Shown: positions 1-13,069, counted from the stretch's first letter. The stretch: 64,000 nt of DNA from Octopus bimaculoides (GCF_001194135.2 NC_069004.1:28227069-28291068); one strand, 5' to 3'. A program made the numbers and translations. Notes: a model not told the origin generated them from the letters alone.

Positions 1-43
<43 letters not shown>

Positions 44-620
44 GTATGGAATATATCACTGTGCTATATCACAATATCGCTGCACCAACCTGCTATAATG
101 ACATGCAAAAGTCATGCTACCACTGTATGATGTATTATAAAGTTACACGGATTTGACAGCTCTCCGTCTTCCCATCTTGTCGCTTTCTAATTGTCATGAA
201 AGTAATATCGCATAAGAAATTACACAACTTTTAAATGTAGTGTATGCTTCTTTCATCATTCACTCAAACAAGTTGAATCTTTTGACGAGACACTACTTGT
301 CTCCACTATTCCAATAGCTATTGAATTAGGTTGATATGAGACAAATTTCCTGCTGGATAAGATTCCTATTCACAAATTACAAATTCACAGAAGGACTGCT
401 GTCTCCATTTCAACTGCATTCTCTTGCACAATAACCACAGCACCATACCTTCCCATGAGTAAATTTCTAGACTAAGGGTCATGTTGGTGCTTCAATGTTT
501 TTTGGTACTAAGCATCGCCATATCATCAAGATCTGTCTATATATTGTTGTGTGTATATACATGTATGTGTCTGTATATATTTTGGTAAACATGGCTGTGT
601 TTATCATCTTTCTTGTATCC

Positions 621-1063
621 TTTACTTGTTTCAGTCATTGGACTGTGGCCATGCTGGTGCACCACCTTGAATGGTTCTAATTGGACAAATTAGCCACCCT
701 TTTTTTTCTTTTTTTTTTCTGCATCTGGTATTTATTTCGTTGATCTCTTTTGCTGAACCATTACGTTGTGGGAACATAAACAAACCAACACTGGTTGTCA
801 AGTAATGGTGGTGGTGGTTGTCATTATTGTGGAGTAATAAACACAGACACAAAGTCACTCACACTTAGACACACACAAACACACACACACACATATATAT
901 ATGACAGGCTTCCACACAGTTTCCATCGCCCAAATTCACTCACAAGACAGTTGACTTGGGGCTCTAGTGGATGATATTTTCCCAGGTTGTCGCACAGTGG
1001 AATTGAACCCAAAACCATGTGGTTGCAACGCAAGCTTCTTAACCACACAACCATGCCTGTACC
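621..1063 (-). mobile_element. tRNA-headed SINE family A (about 400 bp, internal CA/TA microsatellite), degenerate
   Basis: Reverse complement of the family seen intact at 47214-47615: tail tttacttgtttcagtcattggactgtggccatgctgg, head ...accacacaaccatgcc. Confidence 0.85.
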
Positions 1064-1212
1064 TGTGTTGTGAAGAAATTTGCTTTGCAACCATGGTGTC
1101 ATGCATTTGGATGGCACCTTCGGCAGGTGTCTTCGACCATAGTCCCAGACTGACCATTGTCTTGTGAATGGAATTCAGCTGAGGGAAAACTGTGCAAGAG
1201 TTTGTCATGTAT

Positions 1213-1480
1213 GTCATCATCATCATCATCATCATCATCTGTCCATTTTTCCATGCATTCTTGTGTCTCATAATTCGTCAAGGCAGATTTAACATCCATC
1301 TTCAGTCCTGGAATGGTTGGACAGTTTGACCGGAGCTGGCATGCTGAAGAGCTGCACCAGGCTCCATTCTGTTTTGGCTTGGTTTTCACAGCTGGATGTC
1401 CTTCCTAATGCCAACCACTTTACAGAGTGTACTGAGTGCTTTTTATGTGGCACCAGTACTGGTGCTTTTTACATGGCGCT
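1213..1480 (-). mobile_element. 3' end of RTE-type LINE with (GAT)n tail
   Basis: (cat)n followed by ...gctggatgtccttcctaatgccaaccact..., the same 3' UTR as the ORF-bearing copy at 42866-43731. Confidence 0.75.
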
Positions 1481-1629
1481 GAGACCAACAGGTTTTACCA
1501 AATAACTAGCAAGATGGAGACCTCAGAGATGGGAAACAGAATCTTCTTGACCATACGGCCTTGCCTGCATCTGTAGATATATCTAACAGTTATCAGAGTG
1601 ATTAATATTATTGATTCATTTGTAAGACA

Positions 1630-1835
1630 GTGAGCTGGCAGAATCGTTAGCATTCTGGACAAGATACTTAGCGGCATTTCTTCCAACTTAATGTTCTGAG
1701 TTCAAATCTCACCAAGGTCGACTTTGCCTTTCATCCTTTTGGAGTTGATAAAATAAGTACCAGTTGAGCACTGGGGTTGATTTGATCAACTTGCCTCCCT
1801 CCCACGAAATTGCTGGCCTTGTGCCAGAATTTGAA
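1630..1835 (+). mobile_element. SINE family B (gagctggcagaatcgttagc...gttctgagttcaaat...gtcgactttgcctttcatcc)
   Basis: Matches more than 15 other copies in the window. Confidence 0.85.
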
Positions 1836-1860
1836 ACTAATATTGTTGATTGATTTGCTA

Positions 1861-2051
1861 CTTTTTTACTTGTTTCAGTCATTTGACTGTGACCATGCTG
1901 GGGCACTGCCTTTAGTTGAGCAAATCGACCTCAGGACTTATTCTTTGTAAGCCTAGTACTTATTCTATCGGTCTCTTTTGCCGAACTGCTAAGTTATGGG
2001 GATGTAAATACACCATCATCAGTTGTCAAGCGATGTTTTGGGGGACAAATA

Positions 2052-2091
<40 letters not shown>

Positions 2092-2274
2092 TATATATAT
2101 ATACATATATATGACAGGCTTCTTTCAGTTTCCATATACCAAATCCACCCACAAGGATTTGGTCGGCCCAAAGCTATAGTAGATGACACTTGCCCAAGGT
2201 GCCACACAGTGGGACTGAACCCAGAACCAAGTGGTTGGTAAGCAAGTTACTTACCACACAGCCACTCCTACGCC
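1861..2274 (-). mobile_element. SINE family A, near full length
   Basis: Full reverse-complement match to 47214-47615, including the A-box/B-box-like head. Confidence 0.9.
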
Positions 2275-2582
2275 TACGTTGTTTATTCATTTACAATATT
2301 TAATAAAATATAAGTTGAAAACATATATTCTATTATGAACATACTCGCACGCACGTGTGTGTGTGTGTTGGTGGGGCGGAGAGACTGTTGATTCAGCAAT
2401 GTACATTAGCAAAAGATATAAGTATCAGTAAGAACATCAATAAATAAGCGCTTTCGAACAGCGTCCCTTGCGGCATATGTTTCTGCCCAAGTTGCACATT
2501 ACAAATGCAATGAAGCAGTGATTAGGTCATTAGAAACTTGTAACTAACGATGCTATTGTTTGCAAAATTTGATTTAAAGTAA

Positions 2583-2621
2583 TTAAATAATAATAATAAT
2601 AATCATTATTATTATTATCGC

Positions 2622-2667
<46 letters not shown>

Positions 2668-2683
2668 GTTATTGTTATTGTTA

Positions 2684-2715
<32 letters not shown>

Positions 2716-2716
2716 G
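2583..2716. repeat. (AAT)n/(ATT)n/(ATTGTT)n microsatellite
   Basis: Directly visible. Confidence 0.95.
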
Positions 2717-3016
2717 AATAAACATCAGCTATGTGTATATCCTCCCCACAAAAAAAAAAAAGCAAAAAAAAAANNNNNNNNNNNNNNNNNNNNNNNNNNN
2801 NNNNNNNNNNNNNNNNNNNNNNNNNNNNNNNNNNNNNNNNNNNNNNNNNNNNNNNNNNNNNNNNNNNNNNNNNNNNNNNNNNNNNNNNNNNNNNNNNNNN
2901 NNNNNNNNNNNNNNNNNNNNNNNNNNNNNNNNNNNNNNNNNNNNNNNNNNNNNNNNNNNNNNNNNNNNNNNNNNNNNNNNNNNNNNNNNNNNNNNNNNNN
3001 NNNNNNNNNNNNNNNN

Positions 3017-3064
<48 letters not shown>

Positions 3065-3457
3065 AAAACAATAGCAACAAAAGAAATGGAGTGAGTAAAA
3101 CAAAAGCTGTAATATGGAATCTATAAACTTAATCAAAATCAATATTTTTCTCTCTTGTGCAATTTGTGATAGATTGAAATGTTTGGATTTTTAGCTGGAG
3201 AAATACCTGAGAGCAGGTGATTAGTATTATTGGCTTCGAAATATGATGTGTTAGTTACCAAATCTATACGTGTGTGTTTGTGTGTGTGTGCGTGAGGAGG
3301 AGGAGGAGGAGGAGGAAGGGGTTGTACCTTTGGTTTTGACACACCTTCTAACGTATGTGTTTCCTAATTTTATTCTTTTACGTGTCTCAGTCATTGGACT
3401 GGATACGTTCATACATATGTATATGATGAGTGATATATCACCATCGTCATTGAATGT

Positions 3458-3782
3458 TGCTGTGTGGGAAGAATTTGGCTTCCCTGTCACATGGTTCCGA
3501 GTTCAGTCCCACTGCATACACCTTGGCCATGTATCTTCTACTATAGCCTTGGGCTGACCAAAAAGTCTTGTGGTTGAAGGAAACTGAAAGAAGCCTATCA
3601 TATGTGTGTGTCTAAATGTCTATGTTTTTACCCCGCTTATCACTTGATAAGTGGTGTTGGTTTGTTTACATCCTTGTAATGTAGCAGTTCAGCAATAGAA
3701 ACCGTTAGATTAAACACCAGACTTAGTTAGAACTGGGGTTGATTTGTGTGACTGCAAACTTTCAAAGTGGTGCCCCAACATG
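3458..3782 (+). mobile_element. SINE family A, degenerate
   Basis: gctgtgtgg...catggttccgagttcagtcccactgc...ctactatagcc...ggaaactgaaagaagcc. Confidence 0.8.
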
Positions 3783-3835
3783 TACATACATACATACGTA
3801 CGTATGTATGTATGTATAATGTGTGTGTGTATGTG

Positions 3836-4052
3836 TGAGGAGGTGCTGAAAAGATCCTGTCTTTGGGTAAAAGGAAATACAGGAGGATCAGTTAATTATG
3901 ATTTTATTCAACATATTCCCTTCTCAGACTCACACACTTATTGCAGCAGTCCTTCAGTTTTTCTAAGTCTTGTAAAAGAACTTGGAAGGTTGGGCCTCCA
4001 ACCAGGCCTTTCGTGATACCCTTAAAGCCAGGCACTTTTTAGCACACCCTCA
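3836..4052. mobile_element. mariner-type MITE (about 215 bp)
   Basis: Imperfect TIRs tgaggaggtgctgaaaagatcctgtcttt / aaagccaggcactttttagcacaccctca followed by TA. Confidence 0.7.
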
Positions 4053-4073
4053 TATATATATATATATATATAT

Positions 4074-4157
<84 letters not shown>

Positions 4158-4190
4158 ACACACACATGACAGGCTTCTTGCACAATTTCT

Positions 4191-4417
4191 TATTTCTTTA
4201 TTGCCCACAAGGGGCTAAACATAGAGGGGACAAACAAGGGACAACAAGGGAGAAACAATTACATCGACCCCAGTGCGTAACTGGTACTTATTTAATCGAC
4301 CCTGAAAGGATGAAAGGCAAAGTCTACCTTGGTGGAATTTGAACTCAGAACGTAGCGGCAGACGAAATACCACTAAGTATTTCGCTGGCCATGCTAACGT
4401 TTCTGCCAGCTTGTCGC
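4191..4417 (-). mobile_element. SINE family B with 17-bp TSD, inserted in a family-A remnant
   Basis: TSD cttcttgcacaatttct (4174-4190) / cttcttgcacagtttct (4418-4434). Confidence 0.9.
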
Positions 4418-4473
4418 CTTCTTGCACAGTTTCTGTCTACCAAATTTTTTAACTGCAAAGCCATACCAATGCC

Positions 4474-4507
<34 letters not shown>

Positions 4508-5218
4508 CGCGTGCGCACGTATTCTTTGTAGATATTGTGCAACTCCAGATCAGCTTTGATTAAGCAAACCTATGATGATAGGCATTTCAGATGTGAATGT
4601 AATAATTTTGTTTAAATAATGATCTACTGTTAGAAGAACAGAACTGGTTATTGAATCTCTTCTTGGCATTCTGCAATTACTACCTGTAAATTGATGCTCT
4701 TGTAAGTGACAATCACTACGGTTCTGCCAGTAGACATCAATGGAACTTTTAGTAAATTAAAGCTTTGATTTAAATTGGCTTTCACCTTGGGTTCTTCATA
4801 CTTCAATTTAATTTACTAAAAGTCACAGGTGAAATGACCTGAAGAACTCAGAGCAATGCTTACAGCACCTGAGGTTCCATATACTTTTAATCATTGACTG
4901 TTGTCTCTACACTGTATAAAACTAAACTCAAAGGAATTAATGGCTCTTATGTAGAAATCCTAGTAAATGCCAATTTACTATAAAATTTTGAAATTATTTG
5001 ATGAGCTCTGTCTGTAATGGTGCCTTGCTTGCTATTTAAAATAAGTTGCATTTGTTCAGTTGACCAAGAGGTGACCAAATATATTTGTGATTCATTTACA
5101 ACTGGAATCTCTTCAGCCCATATATCTACTAAATAAGTATTGTCTCAAAACTTTGGACTTGTAGGATTGGATACGCAGTTTCCATGGCTTATAATTGTCT
5201 GAGATCACAGCATTTCTC

Positions 5219-5998
5219 ACAAACATTGAGAGTGTTCAGTGTATATTCATGGGAGACCGTCAAGTAACAATCTAGGAAATTGCTCACGAAATGAGAAAGC
5301 AAGGGATCTGTGCATTTCATTTTAATGGGGGATTTATGCATGTAAAGTGTCAGCTAAATTTATTCCCAAGGTACTGGTGAAGTGGAGGCGCGTGGCTTAG
5401 TGGTTAGGGTGTCAGCATCATGATCGTAAGATTGTGGTTTCAATTCCTGGACCAGGCGACGCGTTGTGTTCTTGAGCAAAACACTTCATTTCACGTTGCT
5501 CCAGTCCACTCAGCTGGCGAAAATGAGTAACGCTGCGATGGACTAGTGTCTTGTCCAGCTGGGGAACACATACGCCATTGAAACTGGGAAACCGGGCCCA
5601 TGAGTCTGGCTAGGCTTTAAAAGGGCGCAAAAAGAAAAGAAAAAGAAACTGGTGAAACAGCAGAAGCAACCCCGCATGGAAATCACTCAGGACATGCTGA
5701 TCTGTGTAAACCACAACTCAGACTTTACAAAAACAGTTGACATTGGTGTCGAAACATGGATTTATGGTCTCTGCTCGATGTGTTTGGTTATCTTGTGTGA
5801 AAACAAAAATCTGACGAGTGTGAATACATGTCTGTACTCTAGGCATAACAACTGAGAACAAACATGGCCTACTGGCACAAGAATTTCCACACATGCACAG
5901 GAAGGGTGCTATCACCGTCCTCTTGAAGGATTTTGGTCAAGCAGCTTTAGTTTTGTCAGGAAAAAATTAAGTTGGATGCTTTTTGAACGCACCTTGTA
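5219..5998 (+). mobile_element. Decayed mariner transposon (transposase HTH to first catalytic Asp region, plus right TIR), interrupted by a SINE
   Basis: Translates with stops and frameshifts as ...GDRQVTI*EIAHEM..KGSVHFILMGDL..VSAKFIPKVL|VKQQKQPRMEITQDML...DFTKTVDIGVETWIYG (compare mariner VSAKWVP..L and ITGDETW.Y). Right TIR ttttgaacgcaccttg+TA ends at 5998. Confidence 0.85.
5382..5647 (+). mobile_element. tRNA-headed SINE family C with (GAAAA)n tail and 9-bp TSD
   Basis: Head ggaggcgcgtggcttagtggttagggtg...ggtttcaattcc; TSD ACTGGTGAA at 5373-5381 and 5648-5656. Confidence 0.92.
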
Positions 5999-6667
5999 TT
6001 TTGGAAGTGTTCATTGCCTGATTGAACTTGTAAGATGCAAGTCAAGTCTGTTACGTTGTTTTCTGTGTTATTGAATAAAGGTTTTTGTTCGACAGCTTAG
6101 TCCTTTGTTCCGTAAGTTTAAAGGTAAAGCCCTAGAATCTGAGTTAAAATACATTAGATTACAATGATGAACTATTGAAAATGCCACGCAGCACATGAAA
6201 GATAAAAGTGAATGTAAGTAAATTTATTTAGTCCCACTGCTATGGAAAATTTGAGCAATGACAGAAAGAAAGAAGGAAAGAAAAAAAGATAGAGAGAGAG
6301 AATGAAGCAGTGGGTAACATATCACAGATGATGATTACTTTAAGCACATGCGTTCTCGTTATTATAAGTCAAAATATGAATGGTAAAATTGTATGCAAGC
6401 AAATATATTTAGTCCTACTGCAAAAGAAAATTTTAGCAAAGAGAGAGAGAGAGAAATGAAATTTCAGGTCACAGATAAACGATTGACTCTCAGCACATGA
6501 TTTCTCTTCATCTTAAACCAAAATGTCTTCACAGTAACATTTAAGTATATTCACATGTGTCTACACAAAGTGATGGTTGGTAGTAAGCTGGTTGGCAACA
6601 ACAACAACAGAACATACAACAAAATGCCTCATGGTGTTTAGTTTCCTCTGTCTTTTTATCGTTTATC

Positions 6668-6978
6668 TTTTACTTGTTTCAGTTTTTAGACTGTGGCCAT
6701 GCTGGGGCACCACCTTAAAGAATTTTAGTTGAACAAATCATATCCAGTACTTGTTCTTGTTTTTTTAAGCACGTTATTTATTCTGTCAGTCCCTTTTGCC
6801 AAACTGCTAAGTTACAAGGACATAAATACACCAACACTGGTTGTCAAGCAGTGGTGGGGAACAAAGACAAATACACACACACACACACACATGATGGGCT
6901 TCTTTCAAGTTTCCATCTACTAAATCCACTCACAAGACTTTGGCCAGCTCAAGGCTATAGTTGCAGACTCTTACCCAA
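6668..6978 (-). mobile_element. SINE family A, 5'-truncated
   Basis: Tail and middle match family A. Confidence 0.85.
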
Positions 6979-9293
6979 TCAAACTGTTTTAAATAATAAT
7001 AAATGTTTGTGTGTGAGTGTGTGAAAATTCAACTTTAATTCACTAAGGATGTCCTTGTATGTCAGTATCAAACATGACTTTGAGACCCACTAGCAGTTGA
7101 TCTCACTTTCCAATACGTAACTGAATAGTCACGTTTCAATATCCAATATTTCAATGGAGATCCATTTGAATTATCAACAGCGGATGGCGCAGTTATAGCA
7201 ACTCTCCTTGAACCATAATCTATAACCTCGTTTCACCCACTTGAGCAATCCTTATATCGCAATAAATGTAAATGCTACAATTTTTCCAACCATCTCTTCT
7301 TCTCTTCTAATCTCTGGCTTTGTGCTTATATGCAATAAACTATACATGCATATGTAATTTTGTGTCATAAATATATGTATATTCGTATTTTGCATGTGAC
7401 TCACATAAGTGAATTTTGTAAAGTAATTTCAATGAATTTTGATGGGGGGGAAATTTTTTTTTTTTTTTTNNNNNNNNNNNNNNNNNNNNNNNNNNNNNNN
7501 NNNNNNNNNNNNNNNNNNNNNNNNNNNNNNNNNNNNNNNNNNNNNNNNNNNNNNNNNNNNNNNNNNNNNNNNNNNNNNNNNNNNNNNNNNNNNNNNNNNN
7601 NNNNNNNNNNNNNNNNNNNNNNNNNNNNNNNNNNNNNNNNNNNNNNNNNNNNNNNNNNNNNNNNNNNNNNNNNNNNNNNNNNNNNNNNNNNNNNNNNNNN
7701 NNNNNNNNNNNNNNNNNNNNNNNNNNNNNNNNNNNNNNNNNNNNNNNNNNNNNNNNNNNNNNNNNNNNNNNNNNNNNNNNNNNNNNNNNNNNNNNNNNNN
7801 NNNNNNNNNNNNNNNNNNNNNNNNNNNNNNNNNNNNNNNNNNNNNNNNNNNNNNNNNNNNNNNNNNNNNNNNNNNNNNNNNNNNNNNNNNNNNNNNNNNN
7901 NNNNNNNNNNNNNNNNNNNNNNNNNNNNNNNNNNNNNNNNNNNNNNNNNNNNNNNNNNNNNNNNNNNNNNNNNNNNNNNNNNNNNNNNNNNNNNNNNNNN
8001 NNNNNNNNNNNNNNNNNNNNNNNNNNNNNNNNNNNNNNNNNNNNNNNNNNNNNNNNNNNNNNNNNNNNNNNNNNNNNNNNNNNNNNNNNNNNNNNNNNNN
8101 NNNNNNNNNNNNNNNNNNNNNNNNNNNNNNNNNNNNNNNNNNNNNNNNNNNNNNNNNNNNNNNNNNNNNNNNNNNNNNNNNNNNNNNNNNNNNNNNNNNN
8201 NNNNNNNNNNNNNNNNNNNNNNNNNNNNNNNNNNNNNNNNNNNNNNNNNNNNNNNNNNNNNNNNNNNNNNNNNNNNNNNNNNNNNNNNNNNNNNNNNNNN
8301 NNNNNNNNNNNNNNNNNNNNNNNNNNNNNNNNNNNNNNNNNNNNNNNNNNNNNNNNNNNNNNNNNNNNNNNNNNNNNNNNNNNNNNNNNNNNNNNNNNNN
8401 NNNNNNNNNNNNNNNNNNNNNNNNNNNNNNNNNNNNNNNNNNNNNNNNNATTCAGTTTTGGTTTTTTATTTTTATTTTTTGGGGCATTTTTTTTTAGGGC
8501 TACTTTTTTTCGATGTTTTAAAAATATCTTCATTTTTCTACTGTGAACAATGCATTACATAATATTGAAATGACCAATCCTCTTCTGCTATTTCAACTTG
8601 CATTAGGCTATGTAGCATCCATTTCCATGCCGCTGTAAATGATGAGGATCAATACCTGACAGCCTCCTCTACACTTCCTTTCCCTTCCAAGCAATTCTTG
8701 CCTGTATTTTGCTGGCTGCCAAATTGTTGTCTGTCTCTTCTTTCTAAACCATCCCAAGTTTCTGGGTGCTGCTGCCGCCATACAATAACAGCCCATCAGG
8801 TCTTACTGATTAGCTGTCATTTCTTATCAGTCTGTTTCCGCTGTCAAACTTGTTTTCTCAAAGGAACTAACGGAAGTTTGTCAGTTGGAATTCATTTTCT
8901 TTCTTTCTTCTTTTTTTTTTTGGTTTTTCCTCTTTTATTTTAAATATTTATTTATTTATTTTTGTGTTCTATTCTAAGTCATTGTTGATCAAATCTCAAG
9001 TATTTTACCACAACTGAGATTCCTTCATTTTTTTTTTTTTTATTGCAATTTACTTCACTTCTTTTACTTTCTTATTTTGAAATCCATTTAATTTCTGATC
9101 CTTACTGGTTTTTTTCTGCTGAGGTTTTTGTTTCCTATTAGTGAAAATATATATATATATATATATCCAAAATGAGGGAATGAGGCTACATATGTTTCAT
9201 ACAGTCCACTTTTTGTCTTCTATACCTGCCACAGACTGCTTGAAGCTTACAGACTTCCTACACTTAGATTCTAAGATCTTACTCTTGTATATA

Positions 9294-9330
<37 letters not shown>

Positions 9331-9586
9331 AAAGTTAGAGATTGTGAATCCAACCAACTAAGGGATAGTATCTATCCAATATACTACTGACAGAATACCC
9401 AATTATTATTACACAAGTGTTTTTTCATTGCATGACAATTACATTACCAAGTGTAATAAATGGGTGAGGGTAAAGAGTTATTTTACCATTAATTTATAGA
9501 GNNNNNNNNNNTTTCATTGCATGACAATTACATTACCAAGTGTAATAAATGGGTGAGGGTAAAGAGTTATTTTACCATTAATTTAT

Positions 9587-9716
9587 AGAGCAATAAGAAA
9601 ATGGAGGGGATTAATAGGTGGCATTCATCAACTTATAGACAAATTAATAAATTGACATAATATAATGTCTATAAGTTGATGAATACCACCTATTAATCCC
9701 CTCCATTTTCTTATTA

Positions 9717-9720
<4 letters not shown>
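9587..9720. repeat. Near-perfect inverted repeat, 55-bp arms with a 24-nt spacer
   Basis: Arm 1 agagcaataag...cttatagaca (9587-9641); arm 2 tgtctataag...cttattactct (9666-9720); 2 mismatches. Confidence 0.95.
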
Positions 9721-9751
<31 letters not shown>

Positions 9752-10419
9752 AAATAAATCAAAGGACATACTAAGTATGTCTACCTGCTTGAAATAACAG
9801 TCAAGACCCATTATTAAATCGCCAAAAATACACTGGTAATTATTACAGAAATCGAACGAAGGCAAAATAGGTTAAGACAATCGACTTACGTATATGTGGA
9901 TTTATGTGGACTAGTGTCTGCATTGACATTAATATGTCTTAGCTTCATCAGCATGCATCACCATGGAAGTGATCGTTAACCCGGACAGATTAATGACATT
10001 GGATAATGATAGAGTTAATGGTAACTTTTTGTAAATACTTGGCTGAGGTTATTTCATTGACACTAGAAGAAAGACAGACACATTTTAGCCCTGTTGGGAA
10101 TTTGAACTCAGAACAAAAAGGAATGCAACTGATAAGGTTAAATAGGTTCACATATCTTATTGATCCGAGTGGTTGGCTTGCAATCCTTATGCTGTGGGTT
10201 CAATTCTCATATCTGAAGACATATTGTATCCTTGAATAAGGCAATTCAATTCATGTTGCTTCTGTCTACTCATCTGAAAATGAATGCCAATAACAGCTGG
10301 GTGGCAGGATTAATCATGCAATGTTCTATTTAAGGGTGGGTATTATACAGCATCATCATTACTACTTGAAATCTCAGGATTCGTAGGACCAGTTATCCAG
10401 GTTCCATTACATATAAGTG

Positions 10420-10605
10420 ACCAAGAATACAATATTCCCCCTAAACTGGATGCCAGTCCATCACAGGGTTAGCCATTTACAGCTGAATGAACTGGATCAA
10501 TGTGAAATGAAGTGTTTTGCTCAAGAACTCAATGCACTGCCATGTCTGGAAATTGAAACCATGATCTTGCAATCTTGAGTACAACACCCTTACTACTAGG
10601 ATGCT
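10420..10605 (-). mobile_element. SINE family C-like, degenerate
   Basis: tgtgaaatgaagtgttttgctcaagaac...ggaaattgaaacc is the reverse complement of the family-C head and core. Confidence 0.7.
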
Positions 10606-11407
10606 TATATTCCATAGAAACTGAGATAAATTCTGTTCGAAAAGCTTAAAGGCTCAAGACATACTTTGACAATTAAGTATAATTTAGGCAGAATCTGGAG
10701 ATATTATCTTTTGTTTATCCTCATTCAAGTTCTTCTTAAGAAGGGATATCACTGTAATCTACTCTAGTGAGACCCATAAAGGAGTATTCCTCCTTCATTT
10801 GAGATGGTGTTGATGCTGTTACACAAACTAAGCTTCGAACCACATCCAAACAAAACAACTGTTACCCAACTGATTGGTATGGAGTCACCTGGCAACAGAC
10901 TCTTACCATCTGGTCAACAGACAAGTTGTTTCTTCACTCTGACCTTCCTTTCTTTTGATACTACATCAGCCTCTTCTCCTCCCAGCCTCCACCTTCATCC
11001 AAACCCTATCTGACTCACTGTTCTCTCTTCAGATCCTCCAAATTATTTCTCCACCAAACAACCCCTTCCCCTCTGGAATTTCTTCCTTGCCCATGTTTTT
11101 ATTGGAGTTGTTCAAGAGGAGTATTAATTATGTTGATCTTACTGGTCTTACAAGGTATAAAACAATTTTGGTCAGCTTTCAGTTGTGGCATTAGCACATT
11201 CTATCAGTCTACATGTTTTAGGAAAGGCATGAACATCCTCACACCTCCTTGTTTATTTCAATTTCTTTCAAAATCACCTCTGAAATAAGATTTGTCATTA
11301 TTCCTGTGATTTTCTGTAAAATAAACCAAGATTGTCTTTATTCCTCCTGAGTTCCAATCTTGCTGGAACCAATTTCCATTGTCCCTCTTCCTACCTTCCA
11401 CAAACAC

Positions 11408-11443
<36 letters not shown>

Positions 11444-11554
11444 GTATAGTAGAAATAGCTACCAATGCAACAATTGATTTATCAATTATACTCTTTCTCT
11501 TTACAAAGTTAGCTCTAAGTCTAGCAAAAGTGGATTCTCTTTCCTCTTCTGCAA

Positions 11555-11865
11555 TTATCATCTGCATCATCATCATCATCATCATCGTCATTGCTGTCAT
11601 CATCATCATCATCATCATCACCTTCGTCATCAACCATCATCGTCATCACCACCTTCCTCTTTACCTCCGCCATCAACATCCTCGCTATCATTATCACCAT
11701 CATCAATATCATAACTACCACCACTACCACCCCGTCATCACTACTATCGTTAGTGTCATCATCATCATCATCATCATCATTATCAACATCTCCACTATCA
11801 CCACCAATGTCTTCAGCATCATTATCACCATCATCAACATCATGACCATCACCACTACCACTATT
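11555..11865. repeat. Degenerate (CAT/CAC)n triplet tract
   Basis: Directly visible; source of the spurious poly-His/Ile/Ser ORFs. Confidence 0.95.
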
Positions 11866-12187
11866 CAAAGCCTAGTATTGTATGCTTTTCTTCTCCATGT
11901 GCTTCCAGTACACAACAGTTGTTCATATTTTGTTATCTTTGTTGTTGTTGTTGTTGCTTTTTTTTTGTTTTTCTTTCTATCCTCCTTTCATCTTCCTTTG
12001 AAGTTGATAAAATAAATACCAAAAATTGATGTAGATGAACCGAATTGATTATTGTGTTTTCTGCATTACTAAAGGGGGGCTTACGTTGTCTCAGAACCTA
12101 TTATTGTATTCCATTGTGTCATCACCACCATCAGTACCACCATCACCACCATCGTCATCACCACCATCATCACCACAACTACCACCA

Positions 12188-12225
<38 letters not shown>

Positions 12226-12480
12226 GTTATTGCTGTTAGAATACTTGCTATGGATTATTTAGTACTAATACACTAGCGAGAGACCGGAACCATTATTTTA
12301 CGATAGCTAATTTGCTTCCATACTGTTCTAAGTTACTAATCCTTCTTTGATCAAGTTTACCCACTGCTCTGGAGTGAATAAGATTAAATAGTGAGGTTGC
12401 AGTAATTTGAGTTTGATTCGATTGTCTGTGTCGTAGCATGGCCAGAACGAATTGATTATTTTTTAAGGAGAAGGAGACTT

Positions 12481-12862
12481 TTTTTTATTGTTTCAGTCAT
12501 TGGACTGCAGCCATCCATGCTGAGTCACCACCTTGAAGGGTTCTGATTGAACAAATTAGATCCCAGTACATATTTCTTTTAAAGTCTGGTATTTATTTTG
12601 TCAGTCTCTTTTGTCAAACTACTAAGTTATGGGGATGTGAACAAACCAACCCTGGTTGTCAAGTGGTGGTTGTTGCAAGGGGACACACACACATATATAG
12701 TGGGCTTCTTTCAGTTTCTATCTACCAGATCCACTCTCAAGGCTTTGGTCAACTTGGGTTTATTGTAGAAGACACTTGCCAAAGTTGCCATGCAGTGGGA
12801 CTGAACCTGGAACCATGTGGTTGGGAAGCAAACATCTTATCACACAGCCATGCCTGCACCAT
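12481..12862 (-). mobile_element. SINE family A
   Basis: Reverse-complement match from tail to head. Confidence 0.85.
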
Positions 12863-13069
12863 TTTTCCATTTCTTTCTTTCTTTCTTTTTTTTTCCTTTT
12901 TTTTTTTTTGTTTTGTTTTGCTTTTACAAATTTACTACCGTGCTGCAAATATTCAGTGTCAAGTACATCTGCTTAAATTTTGCAATAATTCAGCCCTCAG
13001 TAAATTTAAAATTTTGTAATAATACAGTTTAAATTTTGCAACAAAACAGCCCTGCTTATAGCCCTCTTG

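Noticed and set aside
60-480. Possible decayed interspersed repeat or LINE C-terminus on the minus strand
   Set aside because: Multiple stops and no motif I can assign.
5384-5460. tRNA gene calls for the SINE heads (families A, C and the hammerhead element)
   Set aside because: A/B boxes are present, but there is no complete cloverleaf and each continues into a repeat body.
6220-6540. Degenerate tandem duplication of about 180 bp
   Set aside because: Old and highly diverged, with no coding or structural signal.
7034-7230. ATG-less open frame on the minus strand (EVIDYGSRRVAITAPSAVDNSNGSPLKYWILKRDYSVTYWKV...)
   Set aside because: No convincing acceptor and no recognisable homology; the plus strand is also partly open.
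9423-9590. Exact 79-bp direct repeat on either side of a 10-N gap
   Set aside because: Typical unmerged contig overlap, not a biological duplication.
11033-11154. Phase-2-ending plus-strand pseudo-exon that could join 27850
   Set aside because: The peptide has no TM segment or FUT8 resemblance, and the donor is weak (gtataa).
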